Of a stretch of DNA of 16,081 bases, positions 8,113 to 14,190 are shown piece by piece. A program made the position numbers and the translations under genes. Within the stretch, counting starts at the first letter, position 1; each line of letters begins with the position of its first letter. The DNA comes from Nitrospinaceae bacterium (lineage in GTDB: Bacteria; Nitrospinota; Nitrospinia; Nitrospinales; VA-1): assembly GCA_046754465.1 (NCBI GenBank), contig JBHHVU010000066.1, forward strand, positions 1 through 16,081. The letters run 5' to 3'. The notes beneath the pieces were generated by a model. The model saw only the letters and a list, made by a program, of their open reading frames with translations, had not been told where the DNA came from and did no database searches.

Positions 8113-9360
8113 TTAGAGGTGATCGGCCGGCATGTTTTTTTCGGATTCCATCAGCTCGGCTTCCGGTCCGATTCCAGTGCAAGCCGAACGTTTTTTTTCC
8201 AGGACCCGCCTTTCCTGGAAATGGATCCACACCAGGACCAGGAAAAAGAGGGGCGCCCCAACAGCGCTCAAGACCAAAAACCAATCCAGCTTATGAAAGA
8301 AGGAAAGAAGAACCACTAGGTAAATAAAATCCCTTCTTGAGAGAAAATCCGCGATTTCCGTCACTTTGCTTTTTTCCTGGTTGACGGAAACCGATGTATA
8401 GAGGGGTTCCTTATCCCCCTTGGGGCGCATCGTGTGCCAGTAAACCCACGAGGCCGAGGCCACCGTCCCTAATAGGGCCAATCCGCCTAAAACGATCGGA
8501 AACAGGGAATGCGTCCTTCGGCTCCACTCCAGGGCCAAGGCTAAAAACACGGCGGAATGGACGATATTGTCCCCCCAGAAATCCATCAATCCTCCCCACC
8601 GGCTTTGCAGAAACTTGATTCGGGCCAGTTCCCCGTCACAGCCATCGAGGATCGAGTGGGCCAGGAACAAACACGCTCCCGTGATTTGTAAAATCCCTTG
8701 CTGGATTCCAAGAAGACAGGCCCCGGCCAATCCGACCCCGATGCTGAAAAGAGTCATCTGGTTGGGAGATATGGAAGTATTCACCAGACGCCTGGAAATT
8801 GCCAGAGAAATCTTCCGTTCCACGTTCCGGGACATGAACCCTTCCGTATCCTTAATCAAAGATTGAAACAGCAGGGATTCAATACGGGGAATTTGTTCCG
8901 CGGATTGAAGTTCGTAAACCTTTCCGGCGGGACCCGGTTGGATCTTCGTGGGAAAATCCTTTTGCAACAAATCAAAAAGACCGGGGCGACCGTGGTTTTG
9001 CGCGACCTTTTCCAGCCACTCGTGGGGATCCTCCGCGCAATAAACCAGGACGGGAGAATGATCTCCTACTGTAAATTGGCCCCTTGCCGCACCCCATTCC
9101 TTTACGGATTCGAGATATCGTGTGTCCGGCAAATAACCCCGTTTGAACAAAACAAAACAGGACCCCTGTAAAGGCTGAAGCGCCCGCCACGGGGGGGTCC
9201 AGCTTTCCTCCGGGGACGCAGGGGGCAGGAAAAGGGTATGATCATACCCCGCTTGTTCCGCCGTGCGGCGAAGGCGCTCTGAATAATCCAGCCCCGCTAT
9301 TTTTTCATCCAACAGGGGGTCTTTCTCCGATGCCAGTATAATGAGAAAAATTTTTTTTAT
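8113..9360 (-). CDS. CDP-alcohol phosphotransferase (DIPPS-like) with N-terminal soluble domain
   Basis: Signature DGCDGELAR-x7-GGLMDFWGD, preceded by EGFMSRNVERKIS...ISPNQMT, with several TM helices. The ORF track starts at TTG 9312; an in-frame ATA at 9360 with an AGGAG SD is the more likely start (see findings). Confidence 0.88.
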   Translation of the reverse strand: MKKIFLIILASEKDPLLDEKIAGLDYSERLRRTAEQAGYDHTLFLPPASPEESWTPPWRALQPLQGSCFVLFKRGYLPDTRYLESVKEWGAARGQFTVGDHSPVLVYCAEDPHEWLEKVAQNHGRPGLFDLLQKDFPTKIQPGPAGKVYELQSAEQIPRIESLLFQSLIKDTEGFMSRNVERKISLAISRRLVNTSISPNQMTLFSIGVGLAGACLLGIQQGILQITGACLFLAHSILDGCDGELARIKFLQSRWGGLMDFWGDNIVHSAVFLALALEWSRRTHSLFPIVLGGLALLGTVASASWVYWHTMRPKGDKEPLYTSVSVNQEKSKVTEIADFLSRRDFIYLVVLLSFFHKLDWFLVLSAVGAPLFFLVLVWIHFQERRVLEKKRSACTGIGPEAELMESEKNMPADHL

Positions 9361-10424
9361 TTTGATTCTCCTGAAGCCGGGGAAACATTCACATGAACCG
9401 GCACCGCCTTTCCCCCCTCCTGGTGCGAAACCTGGGCGTTTGCCAGAAGCGAAAGGCTGAGAGCCGCCTCCCGGAAATTTTGATCGCGAATCTCACGGTC
9501 CGTCATGGATCGGACAAAATCATCCAGGACCATCCGATACCATTCGGGATGATGCGACCCCTTGGAAAGGGCTTCGTCAAAGGGAAACACCGTTTCCCCC
9601 TGACCGGTGATCAAATGAATGGTGTCATCCAGGATATTCAACCGCCCCTGGGTTCCCGTAATGAAAATGGTGTTTTTCCTTTCCCGGGCGGCCCAGGAAA
9701 AAAACAGCTCCGCCTCCGCCTGATCAAACCGGATTTTCAGGGTGGCGGTGTCCTCGACCGGAAGCTCCTTGAATTTACGATTTTCCAGGAGACATTCAAC
9801 CGTCCGGGGTCTTTTTCGGATCCAATGGCAGAGAGTGTAAAACGCATGCCAACCGTGGTCCACCAGGATGCCGCCGCCGGACAAATCGGGCTGCAATCGC
9901 CAGTTCGTGCCACCCTCGTGGGTGGATGCCGCGACGGATGGGCCCGTCCGCAAAACTTCATACCGAATATTTTGGATTTCGCCGATTCGTTTGGACCGCA
10001 AAAGGGCCTCTGTCTTAACAAAAATAGGAGCGTATTTCCAGTTGTGGACCGAAAAAACGGATCGGGTCCCTGAATGAAAATACTCCTCGATTTCTCCAAA
10101 ATGGTCTTCCCGCAACACCAAGGGTTTTTCGCACAATATATTTAACCGGCGGCTGGCCGCGGCGCGGATATATTCCATGTGGCTGGCCGGGTAGGTGGCG
10201 ATATCCACGAAATCCAGGTCCTCATGTTGAAATAATTCATCGATCGACGTGTAAAACCGGGCCGCCGGCAGCTTTCTTTGGACCAGGGACTTCCTGCCGG
10301 TATTCTGATCATACACCGCGCTTATCACCATATCCTTCCTTTGGGAATAGGCGGGCAAATGCCCTTCGGCGGCAATATGACCGAACCCGATGATTGCTCC
10401 TTTCAATTCCTTTTCCCCCGACAT
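9357..10424 (-). CDS. Gfo/Idh/MocA family NAD(P)-dependent oxidoreductase (inositol-dehydrogenase-like)
   Basis: Motifs are GAIIGFGHIA (Rossmann), CEKPL, HNWKYAP and GGGILVDHGWH (D-x3-H). Confidence 0.88.
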   Translation of the reverse strand: MSGEKELKGAIIGFGHIAAEGHLPAYSQRKDMVISAVYDQNTGRKSLVQRKLPAARFYTSIDELFQHEDLDFVDIATYPASHMEYIRAAASRRLNILCEKPLVLREDHFGEIEEYFHSGTRSVFSVHNWKYAPIFVKTEALLRSKRIGEIQNIRYEVLRTGPSVAASTHEGGTNWRLQPDLSGGGILVDHGWHAFYTLCHWIRKRPRTVECLLENRKFKELPVEDTATLKIRFDQAEAELFFSWAARERKNTIFITGTQGRLNILDDTIHLITGQGETVFPFDEALSKGSHHPEWYRMVLDDFVRSMTDREIRDQNFREAALSLSLLANAQVSHQEGGKAVPVHVNVSPASGESK

Positions 10425-11737
10425 TTCCCCGCTATCGTCATAAGCGCCTCTTCCAGCCGGTTCACCGCATCCTCCGCCTCGGATTCAGTCATCACCAGCG
10501 GAGGATTGATGCGAATATTATAGGAATAGCACATGCTGATCAAACCCCTGCTGAGGGTTTCGTAAAAGAGTTGTTGGGTCCATTGCCTGTCCAGGGGTTC
10601 CCGGGTGGTTTTATCTTTCACCAGTTCGACGCCTATCATCATGCCCACCCCACGCACCTCGCCGATAATGGAGCATTTTTCCTGGAACGCCAGCAAGCGG
10701 TTTTTGATCAGCTCTCCCACCTTGCGGGAATTTTCCACCAAGTCTTCATCCCGGATCACTTCCAGGGCCGCCCGGCCCGCCGTGGCCGCCAAGGGGTTGC
10801 CGCCATAGCTGGAAGAGCACCCGCTGGGATTGCCAAAGGGCTTGGCGGCGGTGTTTTGTCTGGAGGATACGATGGCGCTCAGGGGAAATCCACCCCCGAT
10901 GCCTTTGCCGATCGTCATGATGTCCGGCACCACCCCGTCATGGTCGCAACCCCACATTTTCCCCGTCCGGCCGAATCCAGTCAGCATTTCATCGGCGATG
11001 AGCAAGGCGTCAAATTCCCGCGCCACGTCCTGGACGGCGGATAAAAATCCCGGCGGGGGAATGACATTGCCCGCCGTCCCTTGCATGGGTTCCACCAAAA
11101 TGGCCGCGAGCTGCTGCCCGGTTTGCGTCTTGATGGCCTCCCTGAAATGCTCCACACAGGCCAATCCGCAATCGGGATACTTCAGTTTCAAGGGACACCG
11201 GTAGCAATAGGCGTAGGGGGCCAGGGAATACACTCCCGGAAGGAAAGGTCCCAGCTCCTTTTTAAAACTGGTGTCTCCCAAAAGACCCAGGACCCCGCCG
11301 GTCTTTCCATGAAATCCTCCCCAAAACCCGGCAAATTCGGTTTTTTTGGTGACCGATTTGGCCAGCCGCAAGGCCGCCTCCACCGCCTCGGCGCCCCCGG
11401 AAAACATTTGAATGCTGTCCAGGCCCGGAGGGCACATGGAAGCCAGAATCCGCAAGAACTCCGCACGGTTCTCGGTGCAGAAACTTCCAAAGGTAACCCG
11501 GCGCATCTGGGTGACCATGCGCTCCACGTAATGGGGGTGACAGTGACCAATGCTCCCCACCCCGATCCCCGCGGTAAAATCCAGGTAGGTATTCCCATCC
11601 TCATCGGTGAGGTTCACCCCGCGGGCTTCCCGGATCGTGAGTTGGGAAAACAGCGCGATCGATTGCAGGCCCTCGGCCATGAACTTTTGTTCCTGATCAA
11701 ACCAACTTTTTGATTTTGGGCCTGGAATGTAATCCAT
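10403..11737 (-). CDS. Class III PLP-dependent aminotransferase
   Basis: Motifs are YLDFTAGIGVGSIGHCHP, SGGAEAVEAALRLAK, GFHGKT, EPMQG, DEMLTGFGRTG, GKGIGGGFPLS (PLP lysine), YGGNP and IRINPPL. Overlaps the next gene by 22 nt. Confidence 0.92.
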   Translation of the reverse strand: MDYIPGPKSKSWFDQEQKFMAEGLQSIALFSQLTIREARGVNLTDEDGNTYLDFTAGIGVGSIGHCHPHYVERMVTQMRRVTFGSFCTENRAEFLRILASMCPPGLDSIQMFSGGAEAVEAALRLAKSVTKKTEFAGFWGGFHGKTGGVLGLLGDTSFKKELGPFLPGVYSLAPYAYCYRCPLKLKYPDCGLACVEHFREAIKTQTGQQLAAILVEPMQGTAGNVIPPPGFLSAVQDVAREFDALLIADEMLTGFGRTGKMWGCDHDGVVPDIMTIGKGIGGGFPLSAIVSSRQNTAAKPFGNPSGCSSSYGGNPLAATAGRAALEVIRDEDLVENSRKVGELIKNRLLAFQEKCSIIGEVRGVGMMIGVELVKDKTTREPLDRQWTQQLFYETLSRGLISMCYSYNIRINPPLVMTESEAEDAVNRLEEALMTIAGKCRGKRN

Positions 11738-11789
11738 GTTTTAACGGACTCCGGACAGGGCTCCCCAATTCCGCGGAAGGAGAAACCTT

Positions 11790-12617
11790 TTAAATTTTTA
11801 GCAGAGACAGGTTTTTGATCTTCTCAACGATAAAAGAAGCGATGTGGTTGGAGGCGACATCCCGGAATAGCGCAAAACTGGGCCAGGCATTCAAATCGAT
11901 CAAATAGATTTTGCCTTCTGGAGTGACGATAACGTCTCCCCCATAAATATCGGGACCCAATCGCCGCGCACTTTGCCGGGCAATCGCTTTCAGCCGGGAA
12001 TCATCCACCGGGCAGCCCTGGAGGTCTTGGTCCTTATGATAAAACCAATGAAACCAACGATCGCCCACGCCGTAGAATTTGATGAGGTCGCCTTCCATAT
12101 GCTCTTGAAGCAGAACCCCCTCCACCCCCCGCTTCCGAAGACGCGCCAGGAGGGATTGAAGCTGCTCTTTGTCCGGAACAAAGCATACGTCGTCCTTGTT
12201 CATCGCGTGAAAATCCAGGCGTTTCACCCAGCTGGGTCGGAATGGGGCGGAACTCATTACATGGGTGGAAACCACGGTGCTGTCCGGAAAATAATCCTGC
12301 TCCTTAAGAAGTTGGTAGGTCTTGTAACGAAAGGTGTTGCGGACACTTTCCGGAGTGTTGACCATGCAGACCCCGTTTTTTTCCAAAGTCTCCAGGGTTT
12401 GAAGGATTCCGGGTTCTTCACACATGAAGAAAACCAGGTCGGGCGGGGGAAGGGAAGGGTCCGAAGGCACCTCATCCGGCCGAAACAGGGTGACCCGCGA
12501 GCCGGCGAGTTTCCGGATTTTCGCTCCGGTTTCCTGGAGAATGGCCGCATCATCCTCGATCCGGTTCGGAGAATGGTCCGGTTCTCTAAGAATACCCCAA
12601 CAAACCATGGTGTGCAT
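11790..12617 (-). CDS. ATP-grasp fold protein (ITPK1/RimK-related; function unknown)
   Basis: Motifs are VNTPESVRNTFR, PSWVKRLDFH, LLQEHMEGDLIKFYGVG and IYGGDVIV...IYLIDLNAWPSF. Confidence 0.78.
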   Translation of the reverse strand: MHTMVCWGILREPDHSPNRIEDDAAILQETGAKIRKLAGSRVTLFRPDEVPSDPSLPPPDLVFFMCEEPGILQTLETLEKNGVCMVNTPESVRNTFRYKTYQLLKEQDYFPDSTVVSTHVMSSAPFRPSWVKRLDFHAMNKDDVCFVPDKEQLQSLLARLRKRGVEGVLLQEHMEGDLIKFYGVGDRWFHWFYHKDQDLQGCPVDDSRLKAIARQSARRLGPDIYGGDVIVTPEGKIYLIDLNAWPSFALFRDVASNHIASFIVEKIKNLSLLKI

Positions 12618-12969
12618 AGTGGGTCTGGCGCCTCTGAATAACCGCGCTTATAAAATTTTATGAAAAGCCTTTTCGTATCTAACGGTTCACGGCAATAGCC
12701 ATCCAGAGGGCGCCTTGGGCAAACCGGACTTTGTTTGAAATCCACCCGTCAAGCTTTTTGCAAAACCCCGGAAAAAAGGATAAATGCCCGATCTTGGACT
12801 GGAAAACGGGGGAGGCTTTTTTCGTTCATCAACGTCACAAACCAAAGCCGTCATTGATGGATTTGCTTTGTTTTTTTTGAAATTATCACAATGCCAAACA
12901 TTATTCAAGGAACACTTTATTAACGGCCGGGAAGATCAAAATGAAACTCCCTGAATCCGGATTATCCTG

Positions 12970-14190
12970 TCAAAAAATTTTCTGCCCGCCAGCCATCACG
13001 AAATCGACCTCTTGCCTGTCCGCCTCGAAGGGGATGTCGGCCCAGGATTCGGGCTTGGTCCCAATGCGAAACCCGATGAGGTCCGCGGGAGCACCCGGGA
13101 CGATTCTACCGGTGGGCAACCCGAGCGCCGCCGCGCCGCCGGCGGTCGCTATCTCCAGTATTTCCCCGCGAGTCACATCCGGCAACATCGTCTCGGCGGC
13201 CCGCAGTTCCCGGAGAAAATTCAGGGCATCGTTGCTCGCCAGTGAATCGGTGCCCAGCCCCACGGCCATTCCCCGGTCCAGAAGATCCCGAACGGGCATC
13301 CACCGGGCGCGGCCGAACCAGCGGGTGCTTTCGGGACAAAACACCGCCTTCACCCGCCGAGAGGCCAAAAGGTCCAGGTCTCCCTCGATGTGGTTCAAAT
13401 GCACCGCCAACAAGGATTCCAGAACTCCGGCTTTGTCCAGATAGCGGGCGGGACTGAGCCCCGGCGGGGTCCAACCGGCATCGTATACTCCCCGCTCCCG
13501 GAGAAATTCTTCCAATTCCCCGCCCCCCTCCTTGAGGAACCGCACCTCTTCGGGAAATTCCGCCACATGGCAGGACCAGGGGCAGCCATGCCGGCGAGCC
13601 AGGTTTTTGAGTTCCCGGAACAGTTTGGGCGACACGGAATAAGGCGCATGCGGCCCCAGGCCCAGTTGGATCATCCCCCCCTGTGGATTTTGTGATTCCA
13701 GAATCGAGCGCACTCGATCGAGGGTTTCCCGGACCGCGGTTTCCTGGAATCCGAGCGTTTCCAGAAACAACACCTGCCGGAAGGGGAGACGACTGTATTC
13801 GGTCAACAGCTCGGGTTGCGACAGATAATCACCGAGGGTGGTCACGCCCGACCTCAACAGGTCCCCGGCTCCGGCATGCAGAGCCCGCACCCGTTCCGTC
13901 CAGGAAACCTCCTGGTTTTGAGCAAGAAGGGAGCGCACCCAGCCGGTGAACCGCGGATGTTTGGCGACTTTACCCTTCAGGGCGGAGAGGGAAAGATGGC
14001 AATGGGCGTTGACAAAACCGGGCAGAATCAGGCAATCGGACAGGTCGAGGCATTCGATGCCCGGGAATTCCTTCCCGTCCCATGAAATTTCCCGGACCCG
14101 GCCTTGCTCGATGAGAAGTTCCCCGTTTTCCATCGGTTCCCCCTGCATGGGGAGCAAGGCCCGGAACCGGATCTTCAGGGCCGTGTGCAT
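12970..14190 (-). CDS. Metal-dependent amidohydrolase, nucleoside deaminase-like (MtaD/DadD/aminodeoxyfutalosine deaminase group)
   Basis: Motifs are PGFVNAHCHL (HxH), SGVTT, GPHAPYS, HVAE-x3-E, AVHLN, GTDSLASN, ATAGGAAALG and G.PADL. Confidence 0.85.
   Translation of the reverse strand: MHTALKIRFRALLPMQGEPMENGELLIEQGRVREISWDGKEFPGIECLDLSDCLILPGFVNAHCHLSLSALKGKVAKHPRFTGWVRSLLAQNQEVSWTERVRALHAGAGDLLRSGVTTLGDYLSQPELLTEYSRLPFRQVLFLETLGFQETAVRETLDRVRSILESQNPQGGMIQLGLGPHAPYSVSPKLFRELKNLARRHGCPWSCHVAEFPEEVRFLKEGGGELEEFLRERGVYDAGWTPPGLSPARYLDKAGVLESLLAVHLNHIEGDLDLLASRRVKAVFCPESTRWFGRARWMPVRDLLDRGMAVGLGTDSLASNDALNFLRELRAAETMLPDVTRGEILEIATAGGAAALGLPTGRIVPGAPADLIGFRIGTKPESWADIPFEADRQEVDFVMAGGQKIF

Noticed and set aside
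8045..8284. Small - strand ORF (79 aa) between the CDP-alcohol phosphotransferase and ino1
   Set aside because: It mostly overlaps the transferase in another frame, has Pro/Gly-rich non-protein-like composition and has no clear SD.
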